Shown here piece after piece: positions 40,306 through 53,130 of a DNA stretch of 64,000 nucleotides (its first letter is position 1; each line of letters opens with the position of its first letter). This stretch comes from Lingula anatina (lineage: Eukaryota > Animalia > Brachiopoda): positions 13,082,001 through 13,146,000 of the forward strand of contig CM120646.1 of NCBI GenBank assembly GCA_051362555.1, given 5' to 3'. The position numbers and the translations under genes are program-made. The notes beneath the pieces are model-generated. The model made no database searches. It worked only from the letters and a program-made list of their open reading frames with translations, and was not told where the DNA came from.

Positions 40306-41430
40306 ATGAAGACTATCTTCAGACTCTGGCTTCTCCTTATTGTTGGAGGGCTTCTGGTGCCACTGTGTTATTTTTCACTTCTTCGGGCACCACCTCCAAT
40401 CAAAGTGATGTCAAAGACTAGAGAATACAACACGCATTCTGATAGATTGGAGAGCACAACATTTACCACCGAAACAAAAAATTCTCCACAGTTTGTTTAC
40501 TGTATCCAAGGTGCGACAATGCATGCTATACAAGGACTCAGTGCTACACCTGATCGGGACATAATCTGGCTGACGTACAAAGACAGATCAGGGGATATCT
40601 ACTTCCCCAATAGTACCATCGCCATGGGTCGGAACAAACTGCTGACAGAAGCGATTGACCGTGCGGCCAAATGGGATGATGGTGGCTATTTATACTACAT
40701 TTTTCTCGATGATGACGTGTTGTTACTTTCTGAGCCTGATCAGGAACGTTGGTGGATAAAAGATTTACCGGACAACCCGTATGATCGTTTAGAGCTGTTT
40801 TTACTAGATTATCAACCCGCAGTGGCCTACCCAACACCGAGGATGAATCGCCCCAAGCGCCCGGCTACAGTGGGTATCAGTTATAACGTTGATGCAAATA
40901 TCAATGCATATCATAGGCACACAATTTCGTTCATGCTGCCACTCATAGAGGATTTTGATCACGTGTCCTGGTGGTTCCCACAGTGGTTTGTCATTCATAC
41001 TTCTGCAATGTTTTATAACTCGTATCGTATAATTTGCCACGCTGTGCACGTGAGGAACTCGAGACCACACTGGAAGAATAAGGAGAAAGGTGCCTATCCC
41101 GATTCTGGTAATTTCTCGATCGCGCGAGATTACATGCGCTCATGGCTTATCAAGAACATGACAGTTGATACAATTAACCTGGGCAGGGTTTCTTTGTTAC
41201 AGACTTTTCAGAAAAGCCCAATGTATTTTTATATCAAAGGAAGTGCGACTCGGAAGGGAGATATGGAGTACAGAGTTTCTACGAAGTTTATAACCACTGT
41301 ATTCAATACGTCCCATCCTGCCGTTAGACGGATTTTGCAGTGGAGAAACCAGCCACAAGTGAAAAAGATTCTTTATGGGGAGGACGAGGACGAACCCGAG
41401 TTCGTCCCAGATGTCTTCCCCTTGCACTAA
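40306..41430 (+). CDS. Glycosyltransferase-like type II membrane protein GTL3 (374 aa, single coding exon)
   Basis: TM helix, FPNSTIAMGRNKLL, YLYYIFLDDD, SWWFPQW; acceptor TTTTGCAG at 40277-40284 before the ATG. Confidence 0.85.
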   Translation: MKTIFRLWLLLIVGGLLVPLCYFSLLRAPPPIKVMSKTREYNTHSDRLESTTFTTETKNSPQFVYCIQGATMHAIQGLSATPDRDIIWLTYKDRSGDIYFPNSTIAMGRNKLLTEAIDRAAKWDDGGYLYYIFLDDDVLLLSEPDQERWWIKDLPDNPYDRLELFLLDYQPAVAYPTPRMNRPKRPATVGISYNVDANINAYHRHTISFMLPLIEDFDHVSWWFPQWFVIHTSAMFYNSYRIICHAVHVRNSRPHWKNKEKGAYPDSGNFSIARDYMRSWLIKNMTVDTINLGRVSLLQTFQKSPMYFYIKGSATRKGDMEYRVSTKFITTVFNTSHPAVRRILQWRNQPQVKKILYGEDEDEPEFVPDVFPLH

Positions 41431-43640
41431 CTAATGTCATGCTGTGGTATTGGTCGTACAAACGTCTTTGACACATAGTGCTATCAGTACTCGCTGTCAT
41501 GTTTATGCTGATCAAGCTGCCTCAGTGTCGCTGAAACACCTGACGTCTTCGATAGGCCTATGTGTCGGCAATATGTATAAATAGTCCACTGCCAAACCCG
41601 CAGTTAGCCGAATGCAAGGAACATAGCCCCTAAGGCTAACAGATATTGTATTTATTACATCACACAAGAGTATATCGTACATGAAGTCTATATTACTGCC
41701 AATTTCTTACTCTAACACATATAAATATATATAAAGATCACATGACGTTTTCCTTATTTTAATATTTTACTGTGATAACTTTCCACATTTTGAGATAAAG
41801 TGCAACTGTCTCAGCTTGTTCTGCGAATAGATTTTTCTTTTACGTGTTATGCTTGCTCAGACATGCCAGTAGCAGACAAGGCATCGTTGTTTACACTATA
41901 GTTTCGTACCGGTGGTAGGCGTTGTGAAGCAGGCTTTTGGCAGTCAATTGAAACATTATTTGTGTTTCTAAGCCAAATTAAAACCGGCCATGATAAAAAA
42001 GTCATTAGTATCGGTATTTTAAACGTAGTTGGGGGCAGTTCAAATGCAGGGATCATCTCAAGACTCGTCGTGGAGAGCATTACATGTTTTTGCCTTATCT
42101 ATTAAGCGAAAAAGCTGCAGAGTCAGCTAAAACAATAAAGTCATTAAAGAAATTTTGCCTTTACTGGGAGTTTTACTTTGACAAGTGGAGAGAACATTCT
42201 TGGCGTCATTTTAACATGCCAAGACCTGACAACTGCAAGAATTCAGGTTTGGGTTATACACGTAAGGTCAATTAAGCGACACAATGTTTAATAAAGTGTT
42301 AATAAAATGACTTTAATTATATGAAAGTGTTTTCCAGAAAAACTTTTATACAGAACCTTTGCTTTATACATAAATTTTAATTTAGCCATAACTATGTGCA
42401 TACAGTAATTTAAGGAGTGGACTGCTTCGTTGTAGCAAATATTTTTTAAGAAGTTCCATATAATTATGAAAATAAACAAATGTGGGAATGATGGGATTAC
42501 TTATGATTTTTACTTCTGTTTAAATATGGTGGCCATGTTGAGGTGCATTTTAATTAAAATAAAGATATATTTTTATCAAGTAGGCCCATTTGGTATATTT
42601 ATAATATTCAATATTTAAAGATTGAAATACAAATGTCCTTTAGCTGTCATTATGCTTTGATTGATTTTAATAGATGGACAGAAATAACATGTTTATTAAC
42701 TTAAGTTTTGAAAATACTACTTATAGACTGTTACTCTTATTTTATCTGACAAATTTACAAATTTATACCATGAATAAAATATATGTAAATGGTATACTGA
42801 GTAAAATCAATGAAATTAAGCAGATCTCATTCAGGTGAAATCACTGAAAACTGTGCATAATGTATAGAGACATAAATATGCAAGAGTTTATGCGTATTTT
42901 TTAAATTTTATAATGATAATACATAGTATATAGTTATTTGTGCTTCTTATGTACATGACTATCAATATATAACTTCGCATTACACAGTATCAGATGTGAC
43001 TCCGCTCTTGCCTAGTACGCGATGTGATAGTGACGATTCTCAGCGGGGTTGAAAAGCATTGCATCACCACTCAAAATTTGTTCAGGGTATGATACTGTGT
43101 AATGCGATCTGACACACACCTTGAAAACGGGTAGTGTGGTCTGATCTACCGGTGAATTCAGGATCATTCGGTGCCGAGTCTGGTAGTTGGGTAGGCCTGA
43201 AGATGATATACATTATTTAAAATCCTTGTTGGAGCACAAGGCGGTGACAATATCACGTGAGATAAATGTCACCGATTAGTTTATCATATTGTCAGGTCGC
43301 CTTACTTTCAATTGTGACTAAATTTTATATAACAAAAAATTATTTTTAAATGTTCTTCTAAGTGACACTTCTGCGTACCACCATATTAAAGTTACAAAAA
43401 TATTAGTACCAGTGCAGCATTTTAACACATAGTAGAAAAAGGAAAACAAAAAATAATGTCATGACTTTGATAGATTAATTTAATATATTTAATATTTAGA
43501 ATGAAATATCGACAAGCATTCTTTGAGAGTCGTTGAAATGTAATCAAAACATTTTAAATGTTAAAACATACCGACAACGCTGCAAGAGACGAGAGGCAGT
43601 GACCGGAGAGAGAAGATAAAAGTATAGTTTACTTGTGTAT

Positions 43641-43850
43641 ACTAGGGATTACTCCCATAACCCTATCGCACTAGCAGGATCGATCTATCGCCGATGGGAT
43701 TCTCGCTAAATTGCATTCAGTAAGTGTGCCCCCTAAAAGCGTCAGTGGGCGTGACAGACATTTAAGCCGCTTAAACTAAATGCAATTTAGCGAGACTCCC
43801 CTCGGAGTTAAATCGATCCTGCTAGTACGATAAGTTTATGGGAACCCAGT
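43641..43850. mobile_element. MITE family A (copy 5)
   Basis: ACTAGCAGGATCGAT...ATCGATCCTGCTAGTACGATAAGTTTATGGGAACCCAGT. Confidence 0.8.
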
Positions 43851-44719
43851 CTTAGAAGTGTTGCAGTCTATCACGAACTACCTTTGCTGAGGGGGTGGGG
43901 CCCGATAAAGACACACCCCGTGGAGCCATCATTATCATGCTCGCTGAAAGTATTCAAATAGTATCCAAAGATCGAACTTACTGTGTAGAAAAAAGGCACA
44001 ATATGTGCACTCAGTCCGACCTTAAGAGTGGGTGCGGATTGCATTGTGTAATGACAGTGCTGTTGCATTAAAATCCAGCTTCGATTGTTACAAGTGAGAA
44101 CGTGTGTTCACGGGAAGGGGGGGGGGGGGGAGGGGCTATATACTTACTTAATTAAGCAACATGCCCATAGACAGCGATCAGACAATTTACGTAACTGACA
44201 TGTAGGGACACAAAGACATTCAGCTAAACAATGTGTGACCCAGGACATCCCTGCGTTCGCTGATAACGTGTACAATGCGTCATCAGATAAGGTATCAATT
44301 GGGTTGATGGGACGGCGGCATATATAGGCACACTTTGCTTATCATGCGATTGTTCAAAATACCGGTATATGAACATTGCTGCAGTCACAATTGACATTGG
44401 CCCGAGTACAGCTCACCAACAACGAATATTGTATATCAACATCGAGGCAGAGGGGAACGGTGGGCACATTCAAGCGTGCCTGGCCTAATTAGTGGACCCG
44501 GGGCTACACACATAGTACATACATGCTCAGTAGACTATTTCCTGGTAACGTTCTCCGTTCTCCGGTTCAAGCAATAAGCTATTGTCTCTGTAAACGCTGC
44601 ACACGTGAATACCTGCTATGTGAGTGAGCAGTTTTGACCTGTGTCTCCCGAGCTTGGTAGCATGTGAGCGATATCTACTCCCGAGGCTTGATGTGATTGC
44701 CGTTTACCTGGCTGGATCG

Positions 44720-45488
44720 ATGGATAACGACAGTAAGGGCATTGTTGTAATCAGTCACAAAACGCCATGTCTCTGTTACATTTGGTGGCATCCAAGGGTC
44801 AGTTGACACTACAGTATGTTTTTTTTCGCAAATTTACATATGTGGGCAGTCCTTCTGATGCCTCGACTGTTGTTTTGTTATTGGAAATGACGTAAATTCG
44901 GTGTTTATTTCTTGACAGCAGGACAATTCTCTCCAAGAATCGTAACTCCCCTCAACAGTTAAATATCGATGTTTACTTTAAAAAGCATGGCTTATACATT
45001 TTTTTTACAAATAAATATTGATAGTAGTTGATGTAATTTCATTTTACCAAAAGACTAGATACGGTAAGGATATTTTGGAGATAAAACGATGGCCAACAGT
45101 TTTCGTCGAATTTATAACTAACGTACTACATGTATACATGTATAATAACTAGATGTGTATCAATGAGAAATATATTTTGAAAATTGGAATAGAGTGAAGG
45201 GAAAACAATACATTTTTTTCAAGATTGTAATTGAGGTCGTCTAGGCGTAACAAGCACCATGTGGGATACACATGCTGGAACGATCTCCACAAATGGTTGA
45301 AAATCTTGAACATCACACGTTTCTGTTTGCAGTCTGGGGGTTCTTCAATAGTCCGGTAGGTGGCGCTTGCATCGCATTTGTGGTTCTTATGCTTGTGGCC
45401 TACTGCTGCTGGTCTGGCTTCAAACGTGACAGATCTAGAGGGACAACGCCTGCAGAGAGAAGGAGGTTATTGCTGGCCACAGGTAAAC

Positions 45489-45530
<42 letters not shown>

Positions 45531-46457
45531 CAGAACTACTAGTATCTGTTTGAACTATGTAAACACCTAACAACAATTGCCTCTTATCATAGCACTAGCT
45601 AAATATGCTGTTGTGTATCGTTTCGTTATCAGCAGTTTTTATTCAGTTTAATCAGTCATCAGCCTTCCCTTAATTAACGATGTTTATGAAGAATTGTTGA
45701 ATAGAAATGATTCAACCCCTGGGTTATTCACGCGCTTGAAATGTACACACATCGATTGGGTGCATTCTGAAAACCAGAGTCACTCTGTCCTATGCTTAGT
45801 ATCTAGCCATTGCCAAAACTGTCAACCCCCCCCCCCTCCTGCTACATGTACATCCACGTAGTTCTTGCTATCCAAGGCGATGAATGTAGACACAATGGTC
45901 AAGAAGCAGGGGTGGAAGATACAGCATGGAACAGATTTCGGTTGCATCTTCTATACGTGTATCTCAATATTTATTTTTTTTTCTGAGCCCATTTTCAAGG
46001 TTGTTGTTAGAAAATTTCTGGATTCCATTGTAATTTTGAACGATTTTTGTCAATCAAATTCAACTTTTGATCTCTGTCTCTCTAATTCTTAAAGCATTTA
46101 TGCTATAGCAAATTCGCTTTATTCGGATTATAAAGTCGTCATTCATAACTTTATCAGATGACTCCCACTTACACGCACTTATTGAATCCGTGCTTATGTA
46201 TTTCAGGTAACTCAGACAGCACTTCCATAGACTATGAACATAATGCTCAAAACACTTTCACTGATAACCGAATGGCCGGAAGGACGCAGTCGACCAGTAA
46301 TAACGATGCCGTGTCCGGCGTGACAGTTCCCTCTGCACCTCCGCCTTACCAAAGACGCGACGAGCCCCCGCCCTACGTAGACGTCTATTCTTCGTCTCCA
46401 CCGCCTTACTCGGAAGTTACAAAGGCGAATAAATATGTGCGCACATCTCAAGTCTGA
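44720..46457 (+). CDS. Small single-pass membrane protein with juxtamembrane Cys-Cys and three PPxY motifs (architecture like WBP1/VOPP1/PMEPA1-type NEDD4-family adaptors), ~137 aa
   Basis: Exons 44720-44732 (MDND, donor GTAAG; least certain), 45333-45482 (TM: GACIAFVVLMLVAYCCW) and 46207-46457 (APPPY, EPPPY, SPPPY); introns are phase 1. Confidence 0.75.
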
Positions 46458-47932
46458 TGTTTTAGTTCCTCCTGCGTACATATTGTTTTGATGGACGTAC
46501 AGTATGCCACGAGATAAATGTGGAACTACTGTGCCGTATGCATGGTGACTGGCTCAAACTGCACCGAAGTCGTGGTGCATGTATTCCACTCAATTTGGCA
46601 ATTGTGAAAGAACATCGTCTTTCATATTGCTGTGCGCTTTTGCGAAGTTATAATTTTATAAAGATACAGACACTTTTAAGTGCGTTTGCCGATTTCATGG
46701 TTTTACTGTCCTTGGGAGCGCCCGTATTATTTATAGCATTTTCAGCTGCATTTGACTAGAATTATATGTGGAAGAGAACGTTTCAAAGATGGCATTCAAT
46801 AATAAGGGAACATTCATATCTCAAATCGTTCAGGAAAACATCCATTGCTGCAGACCATTATAAGGCAGCAGGTGGAGGAAAACAGCAATTTTTTAAAGCG
46901 GATACCGGATTTATAATGGATGCAGATTATTTAAGGGAACGTTCGCATAAGCAAGTAGTGTTGAGCTAAAGGATACAACTTTGAGCCACATTTTCACACA
47001 AGGATTCATGCCTTCCATCTGTCGAGTGATACCGTTTTATCATTACTAGAGGAAAAGCAAAGATCGTTATATTTAGCAAAGCCCGGTTAATTATATTTTT
47101 AAACCCCTCATTTATTTATCAGAAATTCACAATTCAAGCTGTGTTAAGTAACCTATGTGTTTATTGTGAATAAGGACATATTTAGATATTGATGCCCCGT
47201 GTAAAGCAAGGTCAATGATACGTGTATCTGAGGGGCAAAACGCGTTTATCGCTGCTGTCAGGGCGGGTAGGGGGCGGTATTGAGGTCCATATTCATATCT
47301 ATCCTCATATCCATGGTCTTGCTATGTGGGTTATCTTTGTCAACAAGTATATACGGTAGTACTGTTGCCTCCATGCACCACACAATAGCGTCCTTTGCCT
47401 CTCTTCAACTTGTTTCAGTTAGAATGATGAGACACACAACCCGCTTCAAGCTTCCAAACTATTCAGCAGCATGGCGTTGAAACGAGTATACTAAATAGCT
47501 TACGTCATTTCCGTTTCAGCGAGTGTTATGCAGTCGCGTTCAGGTGAGTTGTTTTGCATAATCGTCAATTACACCGCATCAGGCTATCGCTTGGAAACTG
47601 GATTGCCGGGACTCGAATATTAAAAAATTACTCAGTCGGACTACATAAAAAAACGTATGTACTTCCGTCCTTCTTTAACTAGTACGAGTTTCACAGAGAA
47701 AACATCCCAATTTACAGCATACATGTTTATTCCCCTTAGCGGAAGAAAGAAGTTAAAAGAATAATAAAATCTATACAGGATAAAAGAAAATAAAACGAAG
47801 TATAAATCGATGAATAAAAATAGAAAATATACAAAAAATCTTATATCTCATCTATAGTTGTGAGAAATGTGTATTTCGTAGCCTTAACGATATTTGTCTT
47901 TCCCCCACTATCTCCTGTGCCCTTCAGGTGAA

Positions 47933-47975
<43 letters not shown>

Positions 47976-48019
47976 CATGAGAAGTCATCAGTCATAAGAG
48001 TAACACTATACAGTGACAA

Positions 48020-49290
48020 CTTACACAAGTCCCGGCTACTACATATACCTGGGGAGTAGGACCCAAGACAGTCGTTTGCTATAGCGTTAATCCCAATGAT
48101 TTGATCATAGCAGGTTGGGGAATAAGAAAACTTTGTTAAAAAAACACCAAATGACGACGACCAGTGGTTTTGTATTCATGAATTTAGTAACATGTTTGTT
48201 CCGTCTTGTTTAAATATAAGAAAATAACACGTTCGGCCACAGGTAAAACATCGTTAGGGTAACTCCGAACAATAATATTTACACTATTCCGATTCAGTTG
48301 ACCGTGCATTATTAACCTTTTGTGCCAGCAAGAGCGAACGGGGTGAGAGTTGTAAATGTTTGAACGCTATGATTCATGCAAGTAATAAAAAATCTCTTTG
48401 TCCTGTCTAGGTCATACTGCGCAAAGGCATGCATACACTGTATAAAGGTCGATGCAAACCACGTGAAATTCCAACTCTACAGCCTGGCAGTAGCACGAAA
48501 GTTTATATTTTGTTCACCTTCTGTTTCAGCGCAGAGCTACAAGGAAAAGGCAGACTTACGACGGAGAGGAATAGAATTTAACTGTATAATAAAAAGGTGA
48601 GTGCCGGTGTAACGTGACAGAGAGTTCCCCAAGATAGAGTTATTAGTTTTGAAATAGGGTGTTAACAGAGAAATATAAGGTGTGTCTTTTTAATTTTTTA
48701 AAAAATTCGTTTCGTTTGAGTCGTTATCGTTAGTTTTGGACAAACACAACCAGTTAGCAACATGGTATTTCGCTCAGATTCATCGCGACCGGGGTAATCT
48801 TCCAGCATTCAGCTGGAAATTAATGTAGCGTTCGGTTGACAAAGGTGGGTATTCTCTTACAGATACGGGAAAAGTCACATTATAAAGTAGTAAACTTAAT
48901 ACAGTTAGTTTATTTAAGTCAATCACTGGCAAAATGGTAAGGTGTTTTGCTTGTTTTTCAGAAACTAAAAACGCAAGATCAATTATCGTGATGCAGCGAA
49001 CTGTACAAACCACTGCTGTACAGCTTTCGTTGCAAATATATCGATCTATGCATCCACATTTTACAGGTCGTTGTCCTCTTCAGGTCATATTGATCAATGC
49101 CCTACATATATTGTGCGGGTGCAAAATCACCTGGTTTTCCTACTTCGCGTGGCAGAAATGCGATAATTCATATTTTGTTCACTGTGTATTGGCTCGCGAC
49201 GCTACGAGACCAAGGTAGAACCACAACGGGAGGAGATAAAATCCAACTGTTAAACAAAGAAGTTGAGAGTCGGAATGTGTTAGTAATTAG
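48020..49290 (+). repeat. Two further relics of sulfatase 2 intron 13 / exon 14
   Basis: Exon copies at 48544-48596 (donor GTGAGT kept, in-frame stop) and 49209-49262 (QGRTTTGGDKIQLLNKE, donor mutated to TT). Confidence 0.8.
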
Positions 49291-49737
49291 TTTTAAATGC
49301 CATAAAAATGGGAAACGTATACCACTATTTTCTTGAGTTTTATGTATCATGAGTTATAGAAAAACACGGGAAGGTTATTCATAAGCATTATTATCTTTTC
49401 TGATATCTACTTTAAAACGTTACCGAGATTAGTGGTTAGTGAACGACGTCGATGCAGCTACGACGATGCCGCAACAAACGGGCAAATTAGATTTAAAAAA
49501 ACACCATATACAGTACGACAAAATTGCAAATTGCAATTGCAAATTAATTGAGGAAAACATTGTTTAAATTGGCAACATATCAGTGTTTTCTTGTGGTTAA
49601 TCAGCTACATTACTAAAGCGACACGTAGAAATATCGCGGCATAGAGATTCAAGGGGTACCCATCCAGGTGAATTCTACATATGCAATGTGAATTGTTATT
49701 TTTTTTTTAAGTTGAACACATGGAATCCTACTGTAAG

Positions 49738-49940
49738 ACTGGGTTCCCATGTCTAGATCGAGCCATCTGGATCGGTCTAACTCCCTTGGGAGTCTCTCTA
49801 TATTGCTGTCAACTTAACCGATTAAATGTCTGTCACGCCTACCGAATCAACTAGAGGGTAAAGATAATAACCCCCTAACAGCTTTACTAGGCGTGACAGA
49901 CATTTAAGCCGGTTAAGTTGATAGCAATTTAGTGAGACCA
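49738..49940. mobile_element. MITE family A (copy 6)
   Basis: ACTGGGTTCCCAT...GGCGTGACAGACATTTAAGCCGGTTAAG matches copies 3 and 5. Confidence 0.7.
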
Positions 49941-50859
49941 GTATACGCGGAACGAAAGAGGTGCTAGCAGTTGCATCCCCAGTTGCATCCCCCCATCCCC
50001 ACCCAAAATTTGTCCAAAAACTGACATAACCCTTTTAAGCAATAGGAGAACGGCATATAGACTGTTTTTATGTTCCATTCTTTTTACAACCGATGTCATA
50101 GATGTAGAATGAGTAGGATAAAAAGTTTTTAGTGACTACCTTAATATAATAACTGAAATATTGATAGGTGTAGCTGCACTTAGTCGAGAATAATCTGAAG
50201 ACTGATTAGATTTTTTGTTCTTCATTCCCAAATCAAATGCAAAGCCTAAAAGAAAAGATGAAACGAAGTTAGTAAATGAATCAAAAGAAAAACGTTAACT
50301 GCAAACACAAAGAAAATAGCTTAAATTAATGAAAATAAGACGGAAATATCTGAAATCTAAACGAAATACCTAGATAGCGTATATGAAGTAGGAAAAACAG
50401 AAACGTTAACTTTTCGTTTACGTTGAACGTTACTGCACAAGGGTTAAATGACCCCCCTTTACCGATAGGCCCTACACAATGTAGAAGTAGAGTGACAAAA
50501 AAGGGAAGAAAGCAAACCTTATATACGGTGTGATAGAAAGAGTACTGTTTATTTAGGGTAGAGCAGTGGCATATAACTATGCAGTTTGTACTGTGCTGTG
50601 TATACTGTGTAGTTTCGATTAGAAGGGAATGAGAAACGGAAGAGAGTGAGAAAGAGAGAGGGAAAAAAAGAAAGAGACGGGAGAGAGATAGAGGAAGAGA
50701 CCAGAAAATGTTTTCCGTGTAAAAAACAAAAGAAAATTTAAAATTCTTCAAAAATAGAATGCAAATAAAAATTAAAGAATGACATAAATCGCTGGCATTT
50801 ACAATAAGTGTCTGTATGAGTGAGTAGGAGTGTTTAGGTCAATGTATGGTGATACCAAA

Positions 50860-51952
50860 TACCCCCGTCACACTTATTCGGAATCAGCAGGAATGAAGAA
50901 GAATGAGCCCGAACGAAGAATCTTTAAAATTCGAACCACATTCGGGGGAAAATTTTCAAATTGACCTTAATTATTGTAAGAGTACCGTTGGAATACAAAG
51001 AATGCGCTTGAATTCGCGCTTGATTTTCGACTGTGTAGCTCTCAAAAGCAGTTCGAATGAAGTTGGAAAACTAGGAATATTTATAATGCTGTAAGAAGGC
51101 AGTAACAATATTAAGAATATACTTTGAACGGCGCACTAGTGTAGTTCGATTGCTGGCAAAATTAATATTGCAGCTCATCCGAAACATTCTGGCGGAGTAT
51201 AAAATCCCCGTCACACTAAGGCGGAATGATTAAGAATGGCGTCGGAAATACAATTTTTTTGCATTCCAGGATATTCGAATAGCATTCTAAAAACATTCTA
51301 AAAATTCTGAGTGCATTCCAAATATTTTTACCCATTCTTGTGGCCGGCTCGAATGTTTTTGTCATGTCAAAAACTTTCGAAGTGCATTCCAAGAGGAAAT
51401 TTATTGCAATATTCCTACAGTATTCCAACTACATTCGAGCTGCATTTGAGAGGTAATATACCTGGAATGTGCAAGAATCATTCCAGGCGGGTTCGATGTG
51501 CATTCTTAGTATTCCAGAGGCATTCTTACAAAGCCGTAATATTTTATGATAATTATTAATTCCCGCTGGAATATGGCACGAATTTTTAAATTTAGTAATT
51601 CCGGCTTGATTCCTACTGATTTCGAATAAGTTTGACGGGGGCTTTAAGTAACTTGTCAGTTCGAATATTCCTCTAATGTTATCAGAATGTTTCGAATGCT
51701 GTCGGAATGCCGTGAGAATATTTAGAATGCAGTCATAGTGCAGTTAGAATACTGTTCAAATGCCATTCGATAAATTTCCACTTGGAATGCACTTCGAAAG
51801 TTTTTGACATGACAAAAACATTCGGAATGCCACAAGAAAGGGTAAAAATATTTAGAATGCACTCGGAATTTTTAGAATGCTCTTCGAATATCCAGGCGCG
51901 CACAAAGACGACGGCATTCTTGCTCATTCCACCTCTAGTGTGACGGGGGTAT
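50860..51952. mobile_element. Non-autonomous TIR element with a second copy of the same family nested in reverse orientation (~51205-51642)
   Basis: Outer ends TACCCCCGTCACACT / AGTGTGACGGGGGTA; inner ends CCCCGTCACACTAAGGCGGAATG / GAATAAGTTTGACGGGGG; GAAT/ATTC-rich body. Confidence 0.8.
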
Positions 51953-52802
51953 AATACATATGTCCTATACAGGTCCTAATATCTACTAGTTAGGATTCAA
52001 CACGAAATTTAATCTAAGTAGCCTATTTTTAATCAGTAGGCCACATAGGGCCTACTGTCACAGCGTAGGGATTTTTTTACGTTTTTTCACGGGAGAACGC
52101 GACTCTAACCCAAACTCACACGTCGCGGTGACATTTTTCCTTGACAACATCGTAACTTTCATTATAATTTGCAAACTAGAGTGTGTGCGGGAAATTCCAG
52201 AGCCTGTGTGGCTAAAATTTTATTCAAATCTTTCCTTGTAAACAAATGCTTCAACTGTTTTTGTAGGAAGATCACGTAAAATTCAAGATTTGACGTCATG
52301 CATTGGCCATCAAATCTATATTTGTGCCTTTAGTGGCATTAGTCCTGTCCAAATACTCAGTAAATATATCTTTTATATCTCTATCAACAGAGATATTGAA
52401 ACAATTATATAAGCAACAATATCTGAAAGGTTATTTGATATTGTCATGATCACTTACAAATCATGTAGCACCAATTTTCCCTGTTACGCCTACTTGCATG
52501 AAACTCTTCGTTTTCACCTGCAATGAAAAAAAAATTACCACTAGTATAGGCCTAAAACATAAATTATTAGGGACCATGGTTAAAGATAAGCATTTTAATT
52601 TACAGAAATTGAGAACATGTATCAAGACTTAGCCTACTACGGAAGACCACCACCCATCCACATATTTAAAGGTAGGCCTACTATTACAACGAAGTTTACT
52701 ATGAATTACATAACGATGCTTTCCTGGAAAATAACATGATGATGCCCAATTCTTTTCAACTGTAGATTTGCATGGTGGAATGTACTTTGAGAGGGGTCAT
52801 GT

Positions 52803-53130
52803 CGATACTCCCCCGCACCGATACTCCCCCGCACTGTTAGGCCTACTCCCCCGCACCAATTGATAATCCCCCTTAGTAAATTTTTGTGTATTATGCGCAT
52901 CGATAGATCCCACACCGATAGAACCCCGCATCGATACATCCCCAGTAAAATTGCCGATGTAGGCCCACCGTTACTCCCCCACACCGATACTCCCCCACAT
53001 CATTGCTTCCCCGCATCGATAGGCTACTGCAGGGGAGTGTCGGTGCGGGGGAGTATCGGTGCGGGGGAGCAGTGGTGCGGGGATGTAGGCTACCGGTGCG
53101 GGGGAGTATCGGTGCGGGGATGTAGGCCTA
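52803..53130. repeat. Inverted minisatellite (CGATACTCCCCCGCAC units followed by their reverse complement)
   Basis: ~15-16-nt C-rich units at 52803-53000, then GTGCGGGGGAGTATCG units at 53030-53120. Confidence 0.8.

Noticed and set aside
46520-47700. Short ORFs and promoter-like motifs (GC box, ACGTCA, TTCCG)
   Set aside because: No recognisable domain or consistent exon chain; possibly a repeat remnant or UTR.
52803-53130. CRISPR-like repeat array
   Set aside because: Units are ~16 nt, degenerate, partly abutting and inverted. There are no regular unique spacers, no cas genes, and the context is eukaryotic.
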